This document shows positions 10,164 to 20,083 of a stretch of DNA of 64,000 nt, piece by piece. The notes beneath the pieces are model-generated. The model made no database searches. It had not been told where the DNA came from and saw only the letters and a list, made by a program, of their open reading frames with translations. This DNA is from Nitrososphaeria archaeon (GTDB lineage: Archaea > Thermoproteota > Nitrososphaeria > JACIWG01), in contig CAVVXT010000019.1 in NCBI GenBank assembly GCA_963752255.1, forward strand, positions 81,686 to 145,685, read 5' to 3'. The position numbers and the translations under genes were made by a program. Positions within the stretch are counted from its first letter, which is position 1; each line of letters begins with the position of its first letter.

Positions 10164-10577
10164 CTACGCTTTCTTATCTTTACTCTTTCGGCTTTCTCTT
10201 ATCGCACGCAGATTTTCTCTCCTAGCTCGAGCGTACACCTCTGCCATAATATTTCTTGCAGATCTCAACTGTTCCAGTGCTTGAATCACTTTTCCTTCCC
10301 CCATAAATCGGAGCACGTTTGCTAATTGGTCTCCAGCCAAATTTATCGTTTGTTCCATGTGATCGACATCGATCCGCGTACTTATATTATCTGGGAATTC
10401 GACATCTGAAATTTCAAGCTTAACAAGGAACACCGCTGACTCGCAGTCCCTGTAGACCGCCCATAACTCTTTTTCGAGATCCTTAACTGGGGTTCCAGCC
10501 ATAACTTGTTCCTCTACCGATTTTATTCCATTCGCGGCACTATCCACGAACTTTAAAATATCAGGTGAACGTCCCAT
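10164..10577 (-). CDS. Hypothetical protein
   Basis: 137-aa ORF with a basic C-terminus. No motif recognised. Confidence 0.35.
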   Translation of the reverse strand: MGRSPDILKFVDSAANGIKSVEEQVMAGTPVKDLEKELWAVYRDCESAVFLVKLEISDVEFPDNISTRIDVDHMEQTINLAGDQLANVLRFMGEGKVIQALEQLRSARNIMAEVYARARRENLRAIRESRKSKDKKA

Positions 10578-10660
10578 GTTTCAGATTCTCTGCATTAAAA
10601 TATAATGATTTAAAAAGTTTTTATCACCTCTAAAACAGAAAATCTATCAGCGATTTAGGT

Positions 10661-11317
10661 ATGGCGTTTGAGCTGGTTTCCATTAATGATCTCGGCAGAC
10701 TAGCCTGTGCTTTTGAACGGACACCTCAGCCTATATTTGCTTTCAAAGGAAACAAGTCTTGGAATCTTATAATACAGTTTCAGATAGATGAAAAAAAGAT
10801 AGACTTCTTCCATGTTCAATGCAATAAAATCGGATCTTTTCTTGGTTACAAGAACGTCTACGGCAACGAAATAGTTGAATTCTTCTCGGTTGTTCAAAAT
10901 GCTTCATATATCTATGCACCTATTATATTTCTTAGGAAGTCTCCGTTTAAACAGGGTGAACATAATAAATTTTTGGGAAATGTTCCTCTAATCGAATTGG
11001 AAGATATAGGAAGTCTGATAAGAATTGTCACATACAAGATTCTCTATGAGGAATCACCTCTACCTGTTTTTCTTTACCCTCTTAGCTCGGGCTCAGCTCT
11101 TTTTACCATGCTAAGCTATTCGGAGGAAGGACCCGCAAGTGTATATTATATAAAAGTAAATGAGGTGCCTGAACAAAATTTCATAAAATATGCCTCCGAC
11201 CGAGAAGAAACCGACTATACGGACAATGTTGATGAATCAGGATCAATTTATGTAAAGATTATTAAGTTAAGGAGTTTTCCATCAAATGTGGGAAAATGGC
11301 CTTCGCGCAAAGGATAA
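10661..11317 (+). CDS. Hypothetical protein
   Basis: 218-aa ORF that overlaps the pyrF start by 22 nt. No motif recognised. Confidence 0.4.
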   Translation: MAFELVSINDLGRLACAFERTPQPIFAFKGNKSWNLIIQFQIDEKKIDFFHVQCNKIGSFLGYKNVYGNEIVEFFSVVQNASYIYAPIIFLRKSPFKQGEHNKFLGNVPLIELEDIGSLIRIVTYKILYEESPLPVFLYPLSSGSALFTMLSYSEEGPASVYYIKVNEVPEQNFIKYASDREETDYTDNVDESGSIYVKIIKLRSFPSNVGKWPSRKG

Positions 11318-12036
11318 GGGACGCTTCAGTCAGCAAGAAGAGCAGGATCGTAGTAGGTCTAGACCTAAAATCTGAAGATTTTAGTCAGTTGGCGCAAAAG
11401 GCTGAGCATATTATAAATCTTGTTCAAGGAGAAATATGTGCTGTCAAAATAAATTTTCATCTTATAATCCCCCTCGGAATATCTGAATTAAGTAGAATTG
11501 TGACAGAAGCGCACAGACATGGCCTTCAGGTGATTGCTGATATTAAACTAAACGATGTATCTTCAACAAATCTAGCAGCCACAGAAATATTATGGAAAGC
11601 CGGCTTCGATGCCGTCATATCAAATCCCTTTGCCGGTTTCGTTGAAGGTCTTGGGCCATGTTTAGAGGAAGCTCATAAAAGAGGGAAAGGCATGATCCTT
11701 CTCATATATATGAGTCACAGAGGTGCTGTTGAAAACTATGACCTAGATGTTCTTTATGGAGGACAGGTTCAGAAGATGTATGATCTCTTCGTACAAAGAG
11801 CGAAAAGCTGGGCTGTTGACGGACTCGTAGTTGGTGCGACGAAGCCTGAGATAATAGCCCACGTAAAAAAAGAAGCAAGAGGCATACCCATTTTTTCTCC
11901 CGGCCTAATTGCGCAAGGGGGAGACCCTAAAGAGGCTGTTAAAGCGGGCGCAGATTACCTTATAGTTGCGAGAGGAATAATAGCGGCTGCCGATCCACTC
12001 TTAAAAGCAAGAGAAATACGAGCTGCAACATGGTAG
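11296..12036 (+). CDS. pyrF: Orotidine 5'-phosphate decarboxylase
   Basis: VVGLDL, a KINFHL lysine motif and ADIKLNDVSSTN (the DxKxxDIxxT signature of OMPDC). Confidence 0.65.
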   Translation: MAFAQRIRDASVSKKSRIVVGLDLKSEDFSQLAQKAEHIINLVQGEICAVKINFHLIIPLGISELSRIVTEAHRHGLQVIADIKLNDVSSTNLAATEILWKAGFDAVISNPFAGFVEGLGPCLEEAHKRGKGMILLIYMSHRGAVENYDLDVLYGGQVQKMYDLFVQRAKSWAVDGLVVGATKPEIIAHVKKEARGIPIFSPGLIAQGGDPKEAVKAGADYLIVARGIIAAADPLLKAREIRAATW

Positions 12037-12127
12037 CGATGATTTTTACAGTTTTCCATATAAGAATATCTTCAAAAAATAAGTAAGCTTTTATAATAAG
12101 GCATATCCCTTTGGGGGACGAAGCGTA

Positions 12128-13591
12128 ATGGAACACTTAAAGTTTACAAGGAGCCTGTGCCCCATATGTTTTAACGTCATTCCAGCGGAGCTGTTTGCTG
12201 AGAACAACGTTGTATATATGAGAAAGAAGTGTGAAGAACACGGGGAATTTGAAGATATTTACATGTCAGATTACAGATGGTATAAGAGAGCTCAGCGTTT
12301 CGAGCGACTAGGTGGAGGAATAAGTAATCCTAGAACAAGAAGGAAGATAGGTTGCCCGCGCGACTGTGGCATATGTAATGAACACAAATCCCAAACTCTC
12401 CTAGGCATAATTGATGTCACAAACGCATGTAACCTCAGATGTCCGATATGTTTTGCAAACGCTGCCGCAGTAGGATACCTCTATCAACCAACTTTGGAAC
12501 AGATTAAAGGAATGCTTGATAATCTGTACCATAACACGCCCGTTCCAACATTAGCTGTTCAACTTAGTGGTGGTGAACCAACTTTAAGGGATGACCTACC
12601 GGAAATAATAAGTTATGCGGGGAAGATAGGCATACCCCATGTTGAGGTCAACACGAATGGTGTGAGGATAGCCAGGGACGTTGACTATCTTAAGAAGCTT
12701 ATAGAGGGGGGAGTCAGCACTTTTTACCTTTCGTTTGACAGTTTGACAAAGGAAGCTTATTTGAAGATGAAAGGTGCCGATCTACTTGACTTAAAGCACA
12801 AGGCTTTACAGAATATTCGAGAAGCTGGTTTCCACAGCGTAGTGCTTGTGCCAACCATTGTAAAGGGGATAAACGACAGTGAAATAGGTTCAATTATAGA
12901 ATTCGGTATAAAAAACAGCGACATAGTGAGGTGTGTGAACTTCCAGCCAGTATCTTTTGCAGGCAGGATAGAGACTTCAAAGTTGAAGGAATTCAGAGTG
13001 ACAACTTCAGATATAATAAACAACGCTGAAAAACAGACGTACGGTAAGATTAAAATGGATGACTGGTATCCAGTTCCCTTCATTGCACCAATATCGGATT
13101 TCATAGCTGGATTGAAAGGGGAACCTCAACCAACTTTTACCGTTCACCAGAATTGTGGCGCAGCGACATTCTTGGTCGCAGAGGATAATGGTAACAGCTA
13201 CGAGCCTGTGACCAAATACGCGAATGTAGAAAGATTCGTGCAAGACTTATCAAAGGCAGCGGTGGCGCTGCAATCAGGTAAAAGGACGCAGGGGAAACTT
13301 AGAGCCGCTTCCGCACTTAGACACGTCAGTCTAGGGCTGTCTACTTCATTAGTAAAAGGCTTTCTTTCAAACGGGACCTACAATTCGCTTGGTAAGTTCA
13401 TGAGAAAAATAGTAATGGTTGGCGACATGCACTTTATGGACCCATACAACTTTGACCTTGAAAGGGTTGAGAGATGCGGAATTCATTACGCAACGCCTGA
13501 CGGAAGAATAATACCCTTCTGCACAATGAACACGCTCTACAGACCAGAAATTGAGAAGGCTTTTTCTATAGCGTACAATAAGAAAGAATAA
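12128..13591 (+). CDS. Radical SAM enzyme with an N-terminal rubredoxin-like Cys motif; a candidate tetraether lipid synthase (Tes/GDGT-MAS-like)
   Basis: CPIC ... CGIC precede the CNLRCPIC (CxxxCxxC) cluster motif and SGGEPTLR. A large C-terminal domain follows. 487 aa. The Tes assignment is tentative. Confidence 0.7.
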   Translation: MEHLKFTRSLCPICFNVIPAELFAENNVVYMRKKCEEHGEFEDIYMSDYRWYKRAQRFERLGGGISNPRTRRKIGCPRDCGICNEHKSQTLLGIIDVTNACNLRCPICFANAAAVGYLYQPTLEQIKGMLDNLYHNTPVPTLAVQLSGGEPTLRDDLPEIISYAGKIGIPHVEVNTNGVRIARDVDYLKKLIEGGVSTFYLSFDSLTKEAYLKMKGADLLDLKHKALQNIREAGFHSVVLVPTIVKGINDSEIGSIIEFGIKNSDIVRCVNFQPVSFAGRIETSKLKEFRVTTSDIINNAEKQTYGKIKMDDWYPVPFIAPISDFIAGLKGEPQPTFTVHQNCGAATFLVAEDNGNSYEPVTKYANVERFVQDLSKAAVALQSGKRTQGKLRAASALRHVSLGLSTSLVKGFLSNGTYNSLGKFMRKIVMVGDMHFMDPYNFDLERVERCGIHYATPDGRIIPFCTMNTLYRPEIEKAFSIAYNKKE

Positions 13592-13596
13592 GATAG

Positions 13597-15057
13597 CTAC
13601 CGTCTAATTCTGCCCAAGACTATCGCACACCCAATCATGACAATGATAGCGATAATGATAGGAATCAAGTATCTCGCGGTCAAATTTTCTGAAACTGTTA
13701 AAGACAGCGACGTCGGAAGTGAAGTAATGGTTTCACCTTTGAAGCTATAATATATCTTTGTCGTATTAATCTGATAGGCTCTAGGTGATGAAGAAGACAT
13801 ATATAGAATGCTTGATTCCTGCTTTCCTCCTTCAAGGGTTGAAATCTGAACCGTATCCGATCCATTGAGTATTTTAAATTGCGAAGGTAACAGCACCTTG
13901 TACGAGATATTATTTACTGTAACATTTGCGACGTTGTTTGTTGTTACCTCTATTTTAATAGGCTTTCCTTCAACAGCCTCACCAACTTGGTTCAATGTTA
14001 CCTGCGGAGGTGAATAAGATGTTACAAGAATTGTCTGAGAGCTTACGTTCATGCTTCTTCCTGCAAAGAAGAACGTGGCGTTAGATGAAATATCGTTTGT
14101 ACCGACACCGTTGAACATAAGGTTAAAATCGATTTTTTCTTGTGAGCCTGCTCTCATAAGAGCAGTTGTAAAGTTAGAGGATGTTACCGTAAGATTGGGA
14201 CCAGTGTTCAGTTGCGTTTCTAACCTGAACACATTTTGGTCTCCATTATTGTTAACTACATAATATCCTGTTGTATTATACGTAGCGAAAGCGGCCCTAT
14301 CTGCCAAGTTAAGTGAAATTGATAGAGCTAAAGGTACGCCCTCAGACGTGCTTACAGCCGTAAACGTTATTCCCCCAACTTGGTAAAAAGATGAGGCTGG
14401 CGGAAGGACATAGTTTCTGCCGAGGTCTTCGACTTCACATAAGTAGGTGTAATTCATTGTCTCAGAACTATTGATGCTGTTGACAAGCTTTGTAAGAACT
14501 CCATTTTTTTCTGAAAAACTACCGTTGATGAAGTTTAACCCAGAAGGTAGGCTGTCCGTTATCGTCACATTTGAAGCCTTCGCTACGCCCAAATTTTGGG
14601 CGTTAACACTGAAGTTTAGAAAAAATTTTCCTCCTACAGTTAATTGGTCTACTTCCTTTGTGAGATTTATCATTGGAATGTTCATGGTGTCGAACGAGTT
14701 TATGAGGGTTATGTTGTTTGACCTACTAGATCTTGTCTGAGAGCTATCCGACCAAGAACAGATATAATATTTTTCCGAATTGGGGGATGAAATGTTGTTT
14801 AGGGACGCTTGTATTATTGCCTGTGAGCTTTCACCTGCTGGTAGAAGGCTTAGAAACTGTCCGCCGAAAGTAAGGTTAAAGGCCGCAAACTTGCCTTCAT
14901 TTGAAACTCTGACTGTGACCTGTTTTGGGGTTCCGAAGCTGGTTAGAGCCGTCGAAGTCTGGGCTGTTACGTAGACAGATGGCCCGTTTTGGTTAAGGGT
15001 GAGGTATAGATCATTCGTTGAAGAGAGAAGTTGCGTTGTTTCCCCCCGACATTCCAA
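13597..15057 (-). CDS. Asn/Ser/Thr-rich surface glycoprotein, C-terminal part with a TM anchor
   Basis: Many N-x-S/T sequons and no signal peptide. C-terminal hydrophobic anchor LIPIIIAIIVMIGCAIVLGRIRR. The annotated start is TTG. Probably one gene with 14967-16217, split at the C6 run at 15042-15047. Confidence 0.55.
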   Translation of the reverse strand: MECRGETTQLLSSTNDLYLTLNQNGPSVYVTAQTSTALTSFGTPKQVTVRVSNEGKFAAFNLTFGGQFLSLLPAGESSQAIIQASLNNISSPNSEKYYICSWSDSSQTRSSRSNNITLINSFDTMNIPMINLTKEVDQLTVGGKFFLNFSVNAQNLGVAKASNVTITDSLPSGLNFINGSFSEKNGVLTKLVNSINSSETMNYTYLCEVEDLGRNYVLPPASSFYQVGGITFTAVSTSEGVPLALSISLNLADRAAFATYNTTGYYVVNNNGDQNVFRLETQLNTGPNLTVTSSNFTTALMRAGSQEKIDFNLMFNGVGTNDISSNATFFFAGRSMNVSSQTILVTSYSPPQVTLNQVGEAVEGKPIKIEVTTNNVANVTVNNISYKVLLPSQFKILNGSDTVQISTLEGGKQESSILYMSSSSPRAYQINTTKIYYSFKGETITSLPTSLSLTVSENLTARYLIPIIIAIIVMIGCAIVLGRIRR

Positions 15058-16217
15058 TAATATATAACACTTAATGGAGGAACATAATATTCTTCGGCGG
15101 AGCTCGACGTCAATTTGATTCTATAAACTATGGTGTGATTCCCTCCTGGCGCTAGGGAATCGATTTTACCTGACGAATTTCCTGCGGTAAGGGTGAATAT
15201 TCCATCCTTTGACCACCAGTCATCGTTATAGGAGATATTAGATGCTGTCGAAGTACCTATGTTCTCTATATTGAGCCGAACCTCCATTTCTTCGTTTACG
15301 TTAAGTGTTCCCTGGGAAAACTCTCTGTATGAGATAATAGAAGGTGCGCCTGATGAAAGTGTAACATTTGGAAATGAAAGGCGGCCCTCTGCTGGAACAG
15401 AAATGGAGAGTTCGGATGTCTTTAACTGAAGATTCCTATTTATGGTGCCTGCGTCGCTTGAAACTATTATCGGACCGTATGTTATTAGTTTGAAGCTGCT
15501 TAGATTAGATTGATTAGAGGCATTGACATTCTGCTGTCCAAAGAACTCGGTGCCGATGTTAACAGTATTACCTATCGAGATTTGTGGAAAGATTAAATCT
15601 ACGATGATGCTTCTTTCGAAGCTTCCACCGCTATTCCTTCCTATCAAGGTGAACTGAGAGATCGTGTTAGTCTCTAGTTCTGAAAGAGTAACCAGGCTGC
15701 TAAATCCTCCATATGATTGCGGATACATTGACCAGATGAAGCTATTTAGTACTTCGTCAAAGTTTGACGGCGCCGCAAACACATATGTGCCTCCAAAAGT
15801 ACCGTATGGTGAGAAAGAGAGACCGGTGAAGTTTCCAAGGTTAGAAGCAAATTGGCTTGCAGAATTAAAGGAGTCCGCTTTGACATAGAGAAATGCACTA
15901 TCCGACGACACATATTTAGATAAAGTCAAATTGTATCCCAAGTTTGAAAAGTAGATGTATTCGGTTGGCCAAGAGTTGAATCTACCAATAAAAAGCTTAT
16001 AGTATGAAACGTCGGGAAAAGAGGATTCGACGGTTTTTATTCCGTTAAAATCTATTCCTGTTCCAGTAAAGTTGAATCGAAGAAGAGCATTGTTACTTAT
16101 TAAATAAATTGAAATATTTTCATTGTAAACATTCACCGACTGAGCGTAGCTTAATGGGACAATAAAGACAGTAATCATAATTAATAAAATAATTATTGAT
16201 ATAACCTTTCTTTGCAT
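14967..16217 (-). CDS. Secreted Asn/Ser/Thr-rich S-layer-like glycoprotein, N-terminal part
   Basis: Signal peptide MQRKVISIIILLIMITVFIVPLSYA. Dense N-x-S/T sequons. Overlaps the next ORF by about 90 nt in another frame. Confidence 0.6.
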   Translation of the reverse strand: MQRKVISIIILLIMITVFIVPLSYAQSVNVYNENISIYLISNNALLRFNFTGTGIDFNGIKTVESSFPDVSYYKLFIGRFNSWPTEYIYFSNLGYNLTLSKYVSSDSAFLYVKADSFNSASQFASNLGNFTGLSFSPYGTFGGTYVFAAPSNFDEVLNSFIWSMYPQSYGGFSSLVTLSELETNTISQFTLIGRNSGGSFERSIIVDLIFPQISIGNTVNIGTEFFGQQNVNASNQSNLSSFKLITYGPIIVSSDAGTINRNLQLKTSELSISVPAEGRLSFPNVTLSSGAPSIISYREFSQGTLNVNEEMEVRLNIENIGTSTASNISYNDDWWSKDGIFTLTAGNSSGKIDSLAPGGNHTIVYRIKLTSSSAEEYYVPPLSVIYYWNVGGKQRNFSLQRMIYTSPLTKTGHLST

Positions 16218-16275
16218 ACCTCGACCTATTCAAACTTTCCTATATATATTATTATAAGAGGAACTACCCTGAACT

Positions 16276-17265
16276 TTACTTCTTTGACTCTTCTGGATCA
16301 GCTATGCCGCCTTCAGTTAATGTGAAGATGGTGTCAGCTTCAGCATGATATGGACTATCGACGATACGAGCTATCCTGTTCTTACCCGATTTTCTCAAAT
16401 AGATCCGATACGTGCTTGAATGCGCCATTATGTGACCACCCGTAGGCCTAGTTGGGTCTCCAAAGAAGCTGTCCGGTGCGGCTTGAACCTGGTTTGTTAT
16501 AACAACCGCGATATGATATATTTCGGAAAGCCTTATCAGAGTGTGAAGATACCTGTTGAGCCTCTGCTGTCTGTCCGCTAAGGTTCCTCTTCCCAAAAAC
16601 TCTGATCTGAAGTGTGTCATCGAAGAATCAACTATCACAAGCTTGCACTTTTCCTTTTCAATATAGTTTGGAATTTCTCTGGTCAAGAGTTCCTGATGGC
16701 TAGTATTATAGGCTTTCCCGACAAATATACGTTTTAGAACTTCATCCGGATCAAGTCCCTTGTTTTCAGCTATGGAAACAATTCTTTCAGGTCTGAAGGT
16801 GTTCTCAGTGTCTATGTAAACGGCTCCAGAACTTAATCCTTTTTTCTCCTTAGGCAGCTGGACAGTTACACATAGAGTGTGACAGATCTGGGTCTTGCCT
16901 GTTCCGAATTCACCATAAAATTCCGTTAGAGCTTCGACTTCTATTCCACCGCTTAAAAGATTGTCTACATTATTGGACCCTGTGGTTATCCTCTCAATCA
17001 TTAATCTACGTTTAAGAACGTCACTCGCAAGGGAGAACTGGCTTTCCATTAATCCTAGTTCGGTCAACTTCTTTCTAGAACGGTTTGACATTTCAACAGC
17101 TTTATCATAGTTTATGCCAAGAGTTTCTGAAAGCTCAACTGGACCTAGGGTCATCAACTGCCTGATATCACATATTCCTGCAGCGTAGAGCTTGTCCCTT
17201 GTGACGGGTCCGATTCCATCTATGCTCTCTACATCTAGTTCGTCTTCTTCTACCAACTTACTCAT
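16276..17265 (-). CDS. radA: DNA repair and recombination protein RadA
   Basis: N-terminal HhH domain, Walker A GEFGTGKTQ, Walker B LVIVDS and TENTFRPER. 329 aa. Confidence 0.9.
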   Translation of the reverse strand: MSKLVEEDELDVESIDGIGPVTRDKLYAAGICDIRQLMTLGPVELSETLGINYDKAVEMSNRSRKKLTELGLMESQFSLASDVLKRRLMIERITTGSNNVDNLLSGGIEVEALTEFYGEFGTGKTQICHTLCVTVQLPKEKKGLSSGAVYIDTENTFRPERIVSIAENKGLDPDEVLKRIFVGKAYNTSHQELLTREIPNYIEKEKCKLVIVDSSMTHFRSEFLGRGTLADRQQRLNRYLHTLIRLSEIYHIAVVITNQVQAAPDSFFGDPTRPTGGHIMAHSSTYRIYLRKSGKNRIARIVDSPYHAEADTIFTLTEGGIADPEESKK

Positions 17266-17301
17266 AAGGGTATAGAATGGGGTTGTTTTTAATCTATCTT
17301 T

Positions 17302-18615
17302 TTATGGGTTGAGACGCGTCAGTGTCCTTGGAAACAGTGAAGCAGCACGGATATGTTTGAGACCGCACAGCCATCTTGTCAATCTTTCAACACCAAGCCC
17401 AAATCCTGAATGCGGCGGCAACCCGTACTTTCTGAGCTCCAGATACCATTCAAAACTCTGTTTCGGAAGCTCTTGCTGCAAAACCCTTCTTTCAAGTTCT
17501 TGATAGTCACTCAACCTTTGTCCTCCGGTTGTTATTTCGCCATAACCTTCAGGCGCGATGAGGTCAGAAGACAATGTGACCCTATCGTTATCCGGTTTCG
17601 TCATATGGTAGAAACTTCTTGCGGAGAGTGGAAATTCTTTAACGAAGACAGGTTTGTCGAACTCGTTTGAAATTATTTTTTCACCTTCTGTCGGAATATC
17701 TTCCCCCCATTCGAAATTCACACCCTTTTTAATAAGAAGATTTCTTGCCTCATCATATGTTATCCTATAGAACGGCAGTTCTGGGGGGATAAACTTTCTT
17801 CCTAAAATCTTTAACTCGAACGAGCATTCTTGAGCTACTCTTTGTGCTATGCTACAGATTAGTTCTTCCTCTAAACGCATGATGTCCTCGTGCGTTGCGA
17901 AAGCTACTTCAGATTCTATCATCCAAAATTCCGTAAGATGTTTTGATGTCTTCGATTTTTCTGCTCTAAAGCACGGCTCAACGGTCCAAACTCTTTCAAG
18001 CGCAAATATCGCCGCTTCCTCATATAGTTGAGCGCTCTGCGTCAGGTAGGCCTTTTGCCCAAAGTAGTCAACTTGAAAAAGTGTAGATCCCCCTTCACAT
18101 GCAGACTGCACAATCGATGGAGCGCTAATTAAGTAGAAGCTGTTCCTAAAGAAATAGTCCGCAGTTGCCTCGATGACTTTTGATCTGACCTTTATAGCTG
18201 AAGAAGCTTTCTTCCCCCTTATCGAGAGGTGCCTCATGTCATACAGGTAAGAAGGAGACTTTACCGCACTTTTTGTAATGGGCCAGACATCTGATTTTGC
18301 TATAACTTCAAGACTGTCGGCGACTATTTCTAAACCATATGGCGCCCTTTTATCCACCTTAGTTTTTCCACTGATCTTTACAGCCGATTCGATAGTCAGA
18401 TTCTTAACCTCTCCAAATACAGAGGGCGATACATTTCCTTTCTTGACAGTTGTCTGGATAAATCCACTGCCATCCCTTATGGTGAGAAAGATCATCCCCC
18501 CTATCCAACTCTTATTCTGAACCCATCCTAAGATTGTTGCCTGTTGCGCTCTTTGATCAGAAATAAGTTCTCTTATTGTATGGGTTCTTCCACCGACCTT
18601 AAATTTTGTGCTCAA
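17302..18615 (-). CDS. asnS: Class IIb aminoacyl-tRNA synthetase, most likely asparaginyl-tRNA synthetase (AspRS is possible)
   Basis: OB-fold N-terminus. Motif 2 FRAEKSKTSKHLTEFWMIESEVAF matches the AsnRS consensus (FRAEnsnTsRHLaEFWMlEpE) better than the AspRS one. C-terminal PRTLTRLNP. Confidence 0.8.
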   Translation of the reverse strand: MSTKFKVGGRTHTIRELISDQRAQQATILGWVQNKSWIGGMIFLTIRDGSGFIQTTVKKGNVSPSVFGEVKNLTIESAVKISGKTKVDKRAPYGLEIVADSLEVIAKSDVWPITKSAVKSPSYLYDMRHLSIRGKKASSAIKVRSKVIEATADYFFRNSFYLISAPSIVQSACEGGSTLFQVDYFGQKAYLTQSAQLYEEAAIFALERVWTVEPCFRAEKSKTSKHLTEFWMIESEVAFATHEDIMRLEEELICSIAQRVAQECSFELKILGRKFIPPELPFYRITYDEARNLLIKKGVNFEWGEDIPTEGEKIISNEFDKPVFVKEFPLSARSFYHMTKPDNDRVTLSSDLIAPEGYGEITTGGQRLSDYQELERRVLQQELPKQSFEWYLELRKYGLPPHSGFGLGVERLTRWLCGLKHIRAASLFPRTLTRLNP

Positions 18616-18908
18616 TCGCAGTCTATGTAAAAGTTATAAATTTAAAATTTTAATATTCCTTTAAGAATTTTTGTCGATGGGAATAGGTGCCTTAGATCAC
18701 CGGATTAGAATCTGATTTGAAGCTCACCTTTCTCCACAGATCTTAAGCCTTACTATTGCTATTTCTTGCTTCCCTAGTTCAGTCCTCCTGATCCTTCAGC
18801 CATCAGTCTTTGGTGGAGTGGTCATGGACTGTGTTGTTCACATATGCTTGCATGGCGCAATTTTTTTGGCGAATCTAGAAATTTCTAATGCCCATCTTTT
18901 AATCGGGT

Positions 18909-19754
18909 TTAGTTGAAATATTTTGTAATTTGATCGACAGTGTACTTTACCCCATCCATTCGATTAGCAATCTTTGATAGGGAAGAAATATTTGAAGCGA
19001 ACGAGTAATCGGTTAAAAGTGTGTCGATTCCGTCTGTTAGTCTTTGCCCATCTAAATTCTTGAGCTCGGCCATTCTTCCTATACCAAGTTTGTGCACTTT
19101 ACGTGCGTTTGCGTACTGTTCTGTATGATTTTCTATAGGGATGACAATCATCGGTTTACCGTAAATTATGCCATTAGCTATTGAAGAATGCCCTCCTCTT
19201 ATTACCGCAACATCTGCCAAAGAAAAGAAACCTTGCACGTCTTCACACCAATTGTAGATGAATCCGCCTTCTATCTCCGAACGTTGTACTAGACCGGCGG
19301 GTTGTCCTAGTGCAATAACATAAACACGCCGGTTGGAAGTTTCTTTCGCTGCGGTAACCAACTGATTTAGAACAGGCCTAATCGTCGTAACCGGACCGCT
19401 TAACGGAGCGAAGACAAGTGTTTTTCTCCTTTTTTCAGTCATTTTATTCACTAGCTCTTCAGTCTTCTTACTTGGGTGCGATCCATTGCGTGCCAGAAAG
19501 CCGATGAATTTTTCTTTCCCTTTAACAGCAGTTACATCGCAAAGATTCTCTTCAGATATGGTATATGGGGGAGGCAGATCTGGAAAAAGCAGTTCATCCG
19601 AAGTCCTCCACAACATGCCTAGAACGTTCGCTTCCAAGTTCTCTAGCCATTTAATCGATCTCTTTTTCCTCGCGCAAGTCGCTAAGATTCTGAGCTGATT
19701 CGTTATCGCTATAGTTTTTATGCCAAACATCTTTGCAGCTAAAAGAGCATCCAA
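18909..19754 (-). CDS. GT1-family glycosyltransferase, C-terminal fragment
   Basis: The GGHSSIANGIIYGKPMIVIP ... EQYANA donor-binding motif. The frame differs from the N-terminal fragment. Restoring one G in the tggat run near 19748-19753 joins them. Confidence 0.55.
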   Translation of the reverse strand: MDALLAAKMFGIKTIAITNQLRILATCARKKRSIKWLENLEANVLGMLWRTSDELLFPDLPPPYTISEENLCDVTAVKGKEKFIGFLARNGSHPSKKTEELVNKMTEKRRKTLVFAPLSGPVTTIRPVLNQLVTAAKETSNRRVYVIALGQPAGLVQRSEIEGGFIYNWCEDVQGFFSLADVAVIRGGHSSIANGIIYGKPMIVIPIENHTEQYANARKVHKLGIGRMAELKNLDGQRLTDGIDTLLTDYSFASNISSLSKIANRMDGVKYTVDQITKYFN

Positions 19755-20083
19755 TCTATAGAATCCGAAACTAAAACATCAGGACGCACTTTCCCGATAA
19801 TGGAAAGCTCTTTCTCTAGATAGTGGTAGGTGACCGAGGACAAATTTTTTGATCGGGAAATCAGTTCATAAAAACTAAATGATCCTTCGGCTGTCCACAG
19901 ATGCTTGAAGTCCTCTAAACACCAACCCTTTAAGCCTAGGGAAGTAAAATAGCTCGCAGGCACACCGCTTGAAGAGAAGGTCACCTCAAAACCTTTATCC
20001 TTAAGTGTCGCAGCAATATTTCTCATTCTCATAGCGTGGCCGAAGCCTATGCCTAAGAAAGAGATATGCACCTTACGATGCAA
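19739..20083 (-). CDS. GT1-family (MGT/UDP-glycosyltransferase-like) glycosyltransferase, N-terminal fragment
   Basis: ISFLGIGFGHAMRMRNIAATLKDKGFEVTF is a typical GT-B N-terminal acceptor-domain start. It ends in a stop 16 nt inside the next ORF. Confidence 0.55.
   Translation of the reverse strand: MHRKVHISFLGIGFGHAMRMRNIAATLKDKGFEVTFSSSGVPASYFTSLGLKGWCLEDFKHLWTAEGSFSFYELISRSKNLSSVTYHYLEKELSIIGKVRPDVLVSDSIDWMLF

Noticed and set aside
18690-18730. Possible tRNA T-arm-like segment (ggattagaatctgatttgaagc)
   Set aside because: There is no GTTCGAATC/GTTCAAATC T-loop consensus, and no acceptor-stem pairing could be built around it.
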